Assembly (NCBI GenBank): GCA_964564905.1
Contig: CAZMCI010000004.1
Coordinates: forward strand, 1-37,546
Direction of reading: 5' to 3'
Origin: Candidatus Hadarchaeota archaeon
Lineage (GTDB): Archaea > Hadarchaeota > Hadarchaeia > Hadarchaeales > Hadarchaeaceae
Length of the DNA: 37,546 bases
The notes under the pieces were generated by a model. That model ran no database searches. It was not told where the DNA came from and saw nothing but the letters and a program-made list of their open reading frames with translations. Shown here in pieces: positions 18,056 through 24,862 of the stretch (position 1 is its first letter; the number at the start of each line of letters is the position of its first letter). A program made the translations under genes and the position numbers.

Positions 18056-18168
18056 CCCGTCTCCAACAATTATAATGTATTTCGTGCTCTCACCCGACTG
18101 GATTATCGCTTAGTTACACGTGCCGAATTCACTTGATCTTCTCGTCTGGACCAACCGTATTGCTCCTT

Positions 18169-18777
18169 TCATCTCATTACTGGAAACTTCCTCGGGATCT
18201 TCACCACTATTCGTTCCTCATCTACATTTATCGTCACTGCGTTTTTATCTACGGAACTGGGTACTGCTACCGTACAAAAGTATCCTTTGTTCAACTTCGG
18301 GGCCACCGCATAAATTTCCACGCTTTCTTGATAGAACTTCAATCTCACATTTTCTCTGTCTTCCACACCCTTGGCCTCGACCGTTATCGTCACGCCATCT
18401 ACGTCCAACGACACATTGTAATTTGGTATCACCTTTTCCTTGACTTCTGGCAAAGCTGCTTTCTCTCGTTTCCGCTCTGGGACCCTAACTGCCCTTTCTC
18501 TCGGTCTCTTGCCGCCAAAGATGGCTTTTTCCCCTATTGGCACTCTCTCCCATTTCCCGCTTGGACCAAAACGTTTCATTTCTATTTTTGGTGGGTGCAC
18601 CCCATCACTTGAGAAAAAAATACTAAACCCGCTGCGTTCTATCCTGCCCGGTTTCCTGGCAAATCTTGGAAACTTATCTTCTCTCAGCCCCTTTAACTCG
18701 TTTTCTATTTCTTCAAAGTCTCTAAAAAATTGCCTCATCATGCGTCTGAAAAACTCGTCAAAAGGATCTTGACCCAT
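18169..18777 (-). CDS. Hsp20/alpha-crystallin-like domain protein
   Basis: C-terminal 90 aa (NVSLDVDGVTITVEAKGV..VRLKFYQESVEIYAV..TVAVPSSVDKNAVTINVDEERIVVKIPRK) fits an ACD beta-sandwich pattern. The N-terminal half is basic and disordered. Confidence 0.6.
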   Translation of the reverse strand: MGQDPFDEFFRRMMRQFFRDFEEIENELKGLREDKFPRFARKPGRIERSGFSIFFSSDGVHPPKIEMKRFGPSGKWERVPIGEKAIFGGKRPRERAVRVPERKREKAALPEVKEKVIPNYNVSLDVDGVTITVEAKGVEDRENVRLKFYQESVEIYAVAPKLNKGYFCTVAVPSSVDKNAVTINVDEERIVVKIPRKFPVMR

Positions 18778-18847
18778 CCCTCACCACCAACTATACAGAT
18801 GCTGCTCCTCTCTTTTAATTGTTGATACATGCGTGAAATTTCTCTTT

Positions 18848-18991
18848 CTAGTGCTCTTCCTCAAGCGATTCTAATGATGTTTCTTCTGCAAGCAGGCACT
18901 TTCCATTGGAGTAAAAATCACACTTGGGGCAACATTCATTACGGCTTTCACAGGTTTCAAACAATGGGCACTTGGGGCAACACTTTGGCAT
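18848..18991 (-). CDS. 47-aa cysteine-rich small protein candidate (below the ORF-track cutoff)
   Basis: Hand translation: MPKCCPKCPLFETCESRNECCPKCDFYSNGKCLLAEETSLESLEEEH. GGGAGG lies 6 nt upstream of the ATG. The CCPKC motif occurs twice. It sits 70 nt upstream of the Hsp20-like gene on the same strand. Confidence 0.45.
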   Translation of the reverse strand: MPKCCPKCPLFETCESRNECCPKCDFYSNGKCLLAEETSLESLEEEH

Positions 18992-19158
18992 CCTGCCTCC
19001 CTCAACCCACCTGAGGAGGAATACTGTCTTTATTAAAATTTTTGTTTTTTTGAATATATTATCTTTTTTGAGTTCATTGCCATGTGTCCCAAAACCTGTG
19101 CAAAAACATTCTCATGCCATTAGACTGGGTTAAAATCAGGTCATTTGTCAAAGAAATG

Positions 19159-19166
19159 TTTTTATG
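19159..19166 (+). promoter_or_regulatory. TATA box for the RNA candidate at 19187
   Basis: TTTTTATG preceded by purine-rich AAGAAATG. Centred about 25 nt upstream of the first paired nucleotide of the RNA. Confidence 0.45.
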
Positions 19167-19186
19167 TGAGTAATTTTTAGATAATG

Positions 19187-19474
19187 GTGCGTCGGGGGGG
19201 CGATCCGGAGAGGTCTCTAGGGTTGGTCTTGGTGGATCCCACTGGTTGGTGTCTTTGCGAGTTAGGCCGGCTCGTGAAGATACCAAACAGCAGGCTGTCA
19301 AGATCGGCCCGAATGCTCTCGAATGATTGCGGCGCGGAAAACTCATAAGAGTTCTCCGCACGATCCATGAAGGATCGGAGCGATGTGGTTCGGCGGGCTG
19401 CCCAAAAGGTGGTCCTGACGGGCTACATCGACCGTGATCATAGAGGTGCTGTGGCCCCAACCTCGGCGCATTTT
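19187..19474 (+). ncRNA. Unclassified ~288-nt structured RNA gene candidate
   Basis: A GC-rich island in an AT-rich spacer. The 5' UGCGUCGGGG (19188-19197) pairs with the 3' CCUCGGCGCA (19461-19470), including two G-U pairs valid only on the + strand. Internal hairpins are GCGGAAAACUC-AUAA-GAGUUCUCCGC (19333-19358) and GAUCC-AUGAA-GGAUC (19362-19376). TTTT at 19471-19474. Overlapping ORFs look non-coding. Confidence 0.5.
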
Positions 19475-19651
19475 ACTTTGTTTAAATTTAAATGGTCGTA
19501 AAACTGACTTTTTTTGGGTCTTATGCCGAAACGGAGAAAACCCAACTATAAACGAAAGTTAACGATGATTCACCAACGTTTTTTTTCGCCAAGTGACATA
19601 GCCAAGCGTTTGAAAAAGAAAAAACGCAGAGGAAGATAAAACGGTGCTAGC

Positions 19652-20524
19652 TTGGAAGTCATACGAGAGTTCGATCCTTGGAATGATCCACTTTGTACAT
19701 GCCCGAAAAAATTTGGGCTTAATCCGTACACGGGTTGCTGTTATCGATGCATTTATTGCTACATCACTTCATACATACCACGTGCTTTTGAGTGCAGGCC
19801 AAAAGAAAATTTGCTTTCAAGGGTGAAACGTGACCTCAAACGAATTGATCGCCACCACATCATAAGCATGTCAAATAGCAGCGACCCATATCCTCCCATA
19901 GAATCTAACCTCAGACTCACTAGATCATGTTTGGAAATATTCCTACGCGAACGTTTCCCTGTACAGATCATGACGAAATCTGATCTTGTTGTCCGCGATA
20001 TCGATTTACTTTCAAAAATGAGATGCGTGGTGAGCTTCACCGTGACGACTCTAGATAAAAAGCTTAGTAGCATGTTGGAGCCCAACGCCCCCCCACCCGA
20101 CAGAAGACTTAAAGCCATGAAAAAGCTTTCTGACGCAGGTATCCCCGTTACCTCACGTTTGGATCCAATAATCCCTGGGTTAAACGATTCTGAAATTGAG
20201 CAAGTTGTGGACGCCGTGACCGCGCATGGCGCTCTTCACGTCACATCATCCACGTTTAAACCGCGAGCTGATAGCTGGAATCGGGTAAAAAAGGTTTTTC
20301 CGGAAGTTGCTTCCAAACTCCACCATCTGTACTTTGTCGAGGGAAAATTACATCATAACAGTTGGTACCTGCCAAAGACATTTAGAATTACTTTATTAAG
20401 TCGTGTCAGAAAGGCCTGTGACAAAAATAGGATCACCTTTGCCTCCTGCAGAGAAGGTCTGAAGTGGCTAACGACTGGAGCGAGTTGTGATGGCACGCAC
20501 CTTATCCCCAAAACTTTTGAGTGA
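19652..20524 (+). CDS. Radical SAM protein, SplB/DNA-repair-photolyase-like family (COG1533-like)
   Basis: NPYTGCCYRCIYCY contains the CX3CX2C cluster near the N-terminus. 290 aa. TTG start. Confidence 0.7.
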   Translation: MEVIREFDPWNDPLCTCPKKFGLNPYTGCCYRCIYCYITSYIPRAFECRPKENLLSRVKRDLKRIDRHHIISMSNSSDPYPPIESNLRLTRSCLEIFLRERFPVQIMTKSDLVVRDIDLLSKMRCVVSFTVTTLDKKLSSMLEPNAPPPDRRLKAMKKLSDAGIPVTSRLDPIIPGLNDSEIEQVVDAVTAHGALHVTSSTFKPRADSWNRVKKVFPEVASKLHHLYFVEGKLHHNSWYLPKTFRITLLSRVRKACDKNRITFASCREGLKWLTTGASCDGTHLIPKTFE

Positions 20525-20525
20525 A

Positions 20526-21167
20526 TTATTTTAGAACCTCTCCTGTACTCAAAAACCAGATATACAAGTCCAGCTCGCCCACTGGAACCCCAACCTTGTT
20601 TGCTATATCGACAAGCCTTCTTTCGAGATCAAGATATCGTCTGCGGGTAAGGGCCTTGGGGATCCTATCAACTAACCCATACGCATACATCATCCTCAGT
20701 ACGTGTCTATCCAATATCGCCACATCGCTAAATCCTACGTTCCTAAGAAAATGACTCGCTTCTTTCCATCCTATTCCTCTTACACTCCTCACTAACCACT
20801 CTCTCTTCTCATCTGTTTTCTCGAATTTCATTAGGATATCCTTGATGTTGTAAAACTTCCGGGCTTCCATTATAAACTGTGCTCTAGTGTTGGGAAATCT
20901 ATGCCCGGCCAGCCTAAGCTTCCTCTCCAGCTCCTCAACCGGCAATCTTAGAAATCCATCTGCGCCCAACTCATGTTGGATTTTCATTCCAAGTCTTGCG
21001 GTAGAATTTGCTGTGAGTATACAAAACGAAAGCTCTGAAAACCACTCTTTGTTGTTTCTCCTTCCCAGATCCATGAACTCCTGGATTCTTTGTTTCACAA
21101 GTGTGCCTACGTCGCTTTTCTTCACTTTATTGATTTCAGCTATCAAACGTTTGTCCATACTTTGCAC
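20526..21167 (-). CDS. ogg: 8-oxoguanine DNA glycosylase/AP lyase, archaeal Ogg2 type (HhH-GPD)
   Basis: FCILTANSTA, GIGWKEASHFLRNVGFSDVAILDRHV and ELDLYIWFLSTGEVLK match the Methanocaldococcus-type Ogg pattern. Confidence 0.88.
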   Translation of the reverse strand: MQSMDKRLIAEINKVKKSDVGTLVKQRIQEFMDLGRRNNKEWFSELSFCILTANSTARLGMKIQHELGADGFLRLPVEELERKLRLAGHRFPNTRAQFIMEARKFYNIKDILMKFEKTDEKREWLVRSVRGIGWKEASHFLRNVGFSDVAILDRHVLRMMYAYGLVDRIPKALTRRRYLDLERRLVDIANKVGVPVGELDLYIWFLSTGEVLK

Positions 21168-21172
21168 GAAGA

Positions 21173-21367
21173 TTAATGCACTGTCCTCCCAAAATTATTC
21201 ATCTCTTTTGTGTCTACAACAATTCCAAATTGTTTTTTGCACTGCGGACACAGTACCGTATCCCACACCTTCCCTGGAGCAATTAACACTAGTTCAGAAC
21301 GTGGGATCCATGAACCACAATGAGGACATTTTTCTTGTTTTTTCATCAGCATCCCAATCGTGATCAT
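21173..21367 (-). CDS. Small zinc-ribbon protein
   Basis: 64 aa with CPHCG-x24-CPQC. Packed between the PriS-like gene and ogg. Confidence 0.5.
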   Translation of the reverse strand: MITIGMLMKKQEKCPHCGSWIPRSELVLIAPGKVWDTVLCPQCKKQFGIVVDTKEMNNFGRTVH

Positions 21368-21398
21368 TTTCCTTCACTTTATAAAGTTCATTCACATC

Positions 21399-22220
21399 TT
21401 ATACTTCTGCTGGTTTGGCCTCTAGCTGTCTGGTGCGCCATGGGTGGAGGTATCCTATTTGAGCACTCATGGGTGCTGATCCAAACTCCCAGTCAAATGA
21501 CTTCACGTTGCTTGGGCTGGCATCCAGTACGGAAAATGAATTTATTCGCTTTGGATCTACTGGAACCGAAACCAATCCCGTTTCGGGATTTAGGCTCATT
21601 GGCGCTAGTAGCAGGCCTCGCCTAGCCCGAAGTTCGGAGAGGAGGCAGGTTTTTCCTTCCTGTATGATCTCGATCGATGCACCTTTGTTTTTTATCTCAA
21701 TGTTGTGGGAATATTTGCAAATCTGGCTCACAATTGAATCTGTTAGCTCCCTCTGTAAATCATCTAGAACCTCCAGTTGTCCCATCCAGAGTTCATGAGG
21801 GATTGTGTCAAGCGGAATGATAAGATCGAACCCTAGGTCTCCAGAATATTTTACCCATGGGACGATCCCGATGTCCTCAAACGCCTTTACCACCAAAGCT
21901 GCGATATGTTTAACGAACCCGAGTCCTCCATGCTTTGTCCTTAACGTCCAGACTAGGTCTCTTCCTATTGGTTTGTCGAAATCCAACCCATCATACCGCC
22001 AGTACGAACAGTAAAATGCTGAGGCCCCTTGGCTAACTGCTTGAGTTATTGCAGAGGGTGTATCCAAAATAATCGGATGTTTTTCATCCTGGTCATTCAC
22101 ATAACGCTGTAAGCTCTTGATGTGTTTGTTAAAAATGGCACACTCTCTAAATTCATTGTTCCTACTGGGATTCGCGAAGCCCAAGATCGTCCGTTTAACG
22201 TCGATACGGTTATAATACAT
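21399..22220 (-). CDS. PriS-like (archaeo-eukaryotic primase fold) protein with non-canonical catalytic motifs
   Basis: NEFRECAIF (REF-like), FYCSYWRY and GRDLVWTLRTKH sit where PriS has DLxFDxDxDH. YSGDLGFDLIIP sits where PriS has SGxRGxH. LRARRGLLLAPMSLNPETGLVSVPV matches RLxRxPxSxHxKTGL. GGAGGA lies upstream of the ATG. Confidence 0.55.
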   Translation of the reverse strand: MYYNRIDVKRTILGFANPSRNNEFRECAIFNKHIKSLQRYVNDQDEKHPIILDTPSAITQAVSQGASAFYCSYWRYDGLDFDKPIGRDLVWTLRTKHGGLGFVKHIAALVVKAFEDIGIVPWVKYSGDLGFDLIIPLDTIPHELWMGQLEVLDDLQRELTDSIVSQICKYSHNIEIKNKGASIEIIQEGKTCLLSELRARRGLLLAPMSLNPETGLVSVPVDPKRINSFSVLDASPSNVKSFDWEFGSAPMSAQIGYLHPWRTRQLEAKPAEV

Positions 22221-22264
22221 TGTTCCTCCGAGTGGACTTTCATACTGATATTTTAAGCGAATTT

Positions 22265-22285
22265 GGAGGAGGGGGGTCGCCGAAA
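22265..22285 (+). repeat. Conserved spacer box GGAGGAGGGGGGTCGCCGAAA (copy 2)
   Basis: Matches 12573-12590. The adjacent hexamer AGCTGT is the reverse complement of ACAGCT, which follows copy 1. Confidence 0.5.
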
Positions 22286-22463
22286 GCTGTTTTTCATTAG
22301 AAGCTTATTTTTCGTGTTTTTTCGTGATTCAAGCTGGGAATTTTCTTTATTCTAAACAAACACAGGTTTATTTTACTTTTACACCAAAAAATGACTTATC
22401 TAGTTTCATTATCTGTTTAAAACACCATTTTTTCTTATTTGTATATCGGAAGCTACGGTGATC

Positions 22464-22488
22464 GGGGAACCCCTTTGTTTCCACTGGA
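22464..22488 (-). repeat. Origin recognition box (ORB)-like element
   Basis: Minus strand reads TCCAGTGGAAACAAAGGGGTTCCCC. This is the ORB core TCCAGTGGAAAC plus the downstream G-rich element known from Pyrococcus and Sulfolobus origins. Confidence 0.55.
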
Positions 22489-22538
22489 GAGATATATTAC
22501 ATAACCAAACAATTTTATGTTATATTTACATAATAAAC

Positions 22539-22913
22539 ATGATGCCAACAGAGTTTGATAAAGGTTGGGTAGTATGTTTTATCGAAAATAAAGGCGCGTT
22601 TACTGTAAATAAGATTAAAATTACCAAAAAAACAAAAAACGGCGTCAAAAAATACACGTATAACAATCCTGCGTTTTATGTGGTTTCGAGAGACAGACTT
22701 CCACTGGAAATAGTCAAAAATACACTTGGAATGGGAAAAATAAGACATTATGGTGGTATTTTTCAATTGGAGATAAGAAAAAAAAGCGAACTCCTCAGAT
22801 TGGTGGGGTTTTTGGATGGGAATCTTAGGTCCGAAAAATCAAAACGGTTTGACTTATGGAAGAAACAGGTTCTGGAGTGGAAAACAAGGGCGTGGGGGGC
22901 CGGTGTCGGGTAA
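22539..22913 (+). CDS. Free-standing single-motif LAGLIDADG homing-endonuclease-like protein
   Basis: DKGWVVCFIENKGAFTV (LAGLIDADG-type helix), LEIVKNTLGMGKI and LLRLVGFLDGNLRSEKSKRFDLWKK are typical of the family. Start taken at ATGATG 22539 (the ORF is open from 22458). ATATATTA at 22491-22498. Confidence 0.6.
   Translation: MMPTEFDKGWVVCFIENKGAFTVNKIKITKKTKNGVKKYTYNNPAFYVVSRDRLPLEIVKNTLGMGKIRHYGGIFQLEIRKKSELLRLVGFLDGNLRSEKSKRFDLWKKQVLEWKTRAWGAGVG
22699..22710. repeat. ORB-core-like near-palindrome inside the LAGLIDADG ORF
   Basis: TTCCACTGGAAA; the reverse complement reads TTTCCAGTGGAA. Confidence 0.3.
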
Positions 22914-22987
22914 ACTGATAAAGGCTTTTAGAGCATGGGGGATATCCTTTCAGTTGGAGTGGTAGAACGAGCAACGCTTTTGATCTG

Positions 22988-23962
22988 GTGGCCCGTGGAA
23001 CATCGGAGATCGTCACCGAGGCCGAGTTACGGGAATTACTGAAAAAAAAGGGATTCGTTACTTATTGCGGGTATGAGCCCTCAGGTAAGATTCATTTCGG
23101 CCATTTTTTGACCGTCAGAAAGTTAATGGACTTCCAAAAGGCCGGCGCGAGGTGTCTGGTGCTGTTTGCTGATCTGCATGCGTATCTGAATCACAAAGGG
23201 GATTTAGAAGAGATAAGGAGGACAGCAGAGTACAACAAACACTGTTTCATCGCGCTGGGTCTTGATGCAAAGAGAACAGAGTTTTTGTTGGGGTCTAGTT
23301 TTCAGCTTAAGCCTGAATTCATGATGGATGTGTTCCGGATGGCCACAGGCACCACCCTGTCGCGCGCCCGACGTTCTATGGCGGAGATAGCTAAACACGC
23401 AGAGGATCCAGACGTAGCGCAGGTGCTTTACCCAATAATGCAGGCTGCAGACATGGCGCGACTTGGAATAGATGTGGCTGTCGGGGGAAACGACCAACGC
23501 AAGGTCCATATGATTGCTCGTGAAAAATTACCAGCACTGGGATACAAAAAACCCGTCTGTGTGCACTTGCCTCTTTTGCACGGAATAGATGGTTCAGCAA
23601 AGATGTCATCAAGTAAAGGTAACTTCATAGCAATAGACGATGAACCTTCGGTCATAAAGAAAAAGATAATGAAAGCGTTTTGCCCTCCAAGACAAGTGAT
23701 GGATAACCCAATCATTGAATATGCGGAGCACGTGGTCCTGTCCTCTCAGGATAAGCTTGAGATAAAAAGACAGGCACGGCACGGTGGGCCACTTGAGCTG
23801 ACAAGAGCCGAGGAACTAAAGAACATCTACGCAACAGGAGAACTTCACCCAGCAGATCTTAAAACATCTGTTGCGGAAGCGCTTATTGATGTGCTTGCAC
23901 CTGTCCGGGAGTATTTCGAGGAACACCCAGAGGTCAACCCACAAAATTCTCGGATAATTTAA
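22988..23962 (+). CDS. tyrS: Tyrosyl-tRNA synthetase (archaeal short form)
   Basis: HIGH-type motif GKIHFGH, KMSKS-type motif KMSSSKGN. 324 aa. GTG start. Confidence 0.93.
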   Translation: MARGTSEIVTEAELRELLKKKGFVTYCGYEPSGKIHFGHFLTVRKLMDFQKAGARCLVLFADLHAYLNHKGDLEEIRRTAEYNKHCFIALGLDAKRTEFLLGSSFQLKPEFMMDVFRMATGTTLSRARRSMAEIAKHAEDPDVAQVLYPIMQAADMARLGIDVAVGGNDQRKVHMIAREKLPALGYKKPVCVHLPLLHGIDGSAKMSSSKGNFIAIDDEPSVIKKKIMKAFCPPRQVMDNPIIEYAEHVVLSSQDKLEIKRQARHGGPLELTRAEELKNIYATGELHPADLKTSVAEALIDVLAPVREYFEEHPEVNPQNSRII

Positions 23963-24046
23963 ATTAATAGCGCAGCAAAATGTGATACCAGTATTTAACG
24001 AAGATTAAGTTCGAAGGCTGGTAAAGTGAGGGCAAGACCCCGGTCG

Positions 24047-24850
24047 ATGTCGATCACCTCTGGAAAAGGCGGCACAGGCAAAACCACCATCACAGCAAAT
24101 CTCGGGGTAGCGCTCGGGGCCCTAGATAAAAAAGTTACTATCTTGGATGGCGATATCGCCATGGCCAATCTCAACATAGTGATGGGAATGACTAAGTGTG
24201 AGATAAACTTTTTCGATGTCCTCCTAGGGAACGCAAGCGTGGATCAGGCGATGTATACCAATTACGGGATAAAAGTCCTTCCGTGTGGATTTCGTTTCGA
24301 GGATGTTCACGAGGTACTTTCCAATGTTAAAAAAGAACACGTAGAAGAGGTAGTAAACGAGATTTTGGAACAAACTGAATTTTTGTTGATAGATGCACCC
24401 GCAGGAATGGCTGAAACTACGTTGATATCTATTGCTGCAACTCGGGAGATGCTTCCCGTATGTAACCCCACTTATACGAGTTTGGTGGATGTGTACAAAA
24501 CAATTCGCATCGCAAATGTCCTTGGTTCTTGGACCAGAGGGTTGATCGTGAATCGTACAGGCAAAACTGCGGATCTTTCGGTTGACGAGGTGGAGCAATT
24601 CATGAACCGGGCGCTTGGTTCGATGCCGGTGATTGCGGATATCCCGGAGGACCCAAAGGTTCAAGAGGCGGAGAGAGACGGAGTGCCCGTGGTCGTGTAT
24701 GACCCCGAATGTGAGGCGTCTATTGCAATAAATGAGCTTGCCAAGGTGATTATCGGTGAGGCTAGCTTGCCATATATCCCATGGGAGGATAGGGAAATAG
24801 GGGAAACGGCCAAACGTTTGATTCGCGCGCTGACCGGAAGGCGTGTTTGA
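24047..24850 (+). CDS. minD: MinD/ParA-family P-loop ATPase
   Basis: Deviant Walker A SGKGGTGKTT, LDGDIAMANL and IDAPAG. ATG 24047 preferred over GTG 24026. Confidence 0.85.
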   Translation: MSITSGKGGTGKTTITANLGVALGALDKKVTILDGDIAMANLNIVMGMTKCEINFFDVLLGNASVDQAMYTNYGIKVLPCGFRFEDVHEVLSNVKKEHVEEVVNEILEQTEFLLIDAPAGMAETTLISIAATREMLPVCNPTYTSLVDVYKTIRIANVLGSWTRGLIVNRTGKTADLSVDEVEQFMNRALGSMPVIADIPEDPKVQEAERDGVPVVVYDPECEASIAINELAKVIIGEASLPYIPWEDREIGETAKRLIRALTGRRV

Positions 24851-24862
24851 CATATCGTAGAT

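Larger units (their letters stand above)
22221..22538. other. AT-rich divergent spacer with a near-consensus ORB box: second origin-like region
   Basis: 318 bp between divergently oriented genes. ORB box at 22464-22488, shared box at 22265-22285, TTTTCGTG direct repeats at 22309-22328. Confidence 0.45.

Noticed and set aside
18899-18912. ORB-like word CTTTCCATTGGAGT
   Set aside because: An 11/14 match to the 22.47-kb ORB, but it sits inside the Cys-rich micro-ORF (codons YSNGK) and lacks the G-string. It is likely coincidental.
19074-19460. Minus-strand ORFs of 128 aa and 63 aa across the RNA candidate
   Set aside because: They are P/R/S-rich, lack a ribosome-binding site and span a region better explained by a terminal-helix RNA with its own promoter and T-run. 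A decayed gene cannot be fully excluded.
19523-19639. 38-aa extremely basic ORF (MPKRRKPNYKRKLTMIHQRFFSPSDIAKRLKKKKRRGR)
   Set aside because: It has no clear ribosome-binding site, and in A-rich spacer DNA lysine/arginine-rich ORFs arise by chance. It is kept only as a note in the strand-switch finding.
22227-22237. Degenerate plus-oriented ORB (TCCGAGTGGAC) opposite the good ORB box
   Set aside because: It overlaps the GGAGGA ribosome-binding site and start of the PriS-like gene. The match is weak, so it was not counted as an ORB.
24224-24853. 209-aa minus-strand ORF
   Set aside because: Antisense to the MinD-like ATPase, with no motifs.
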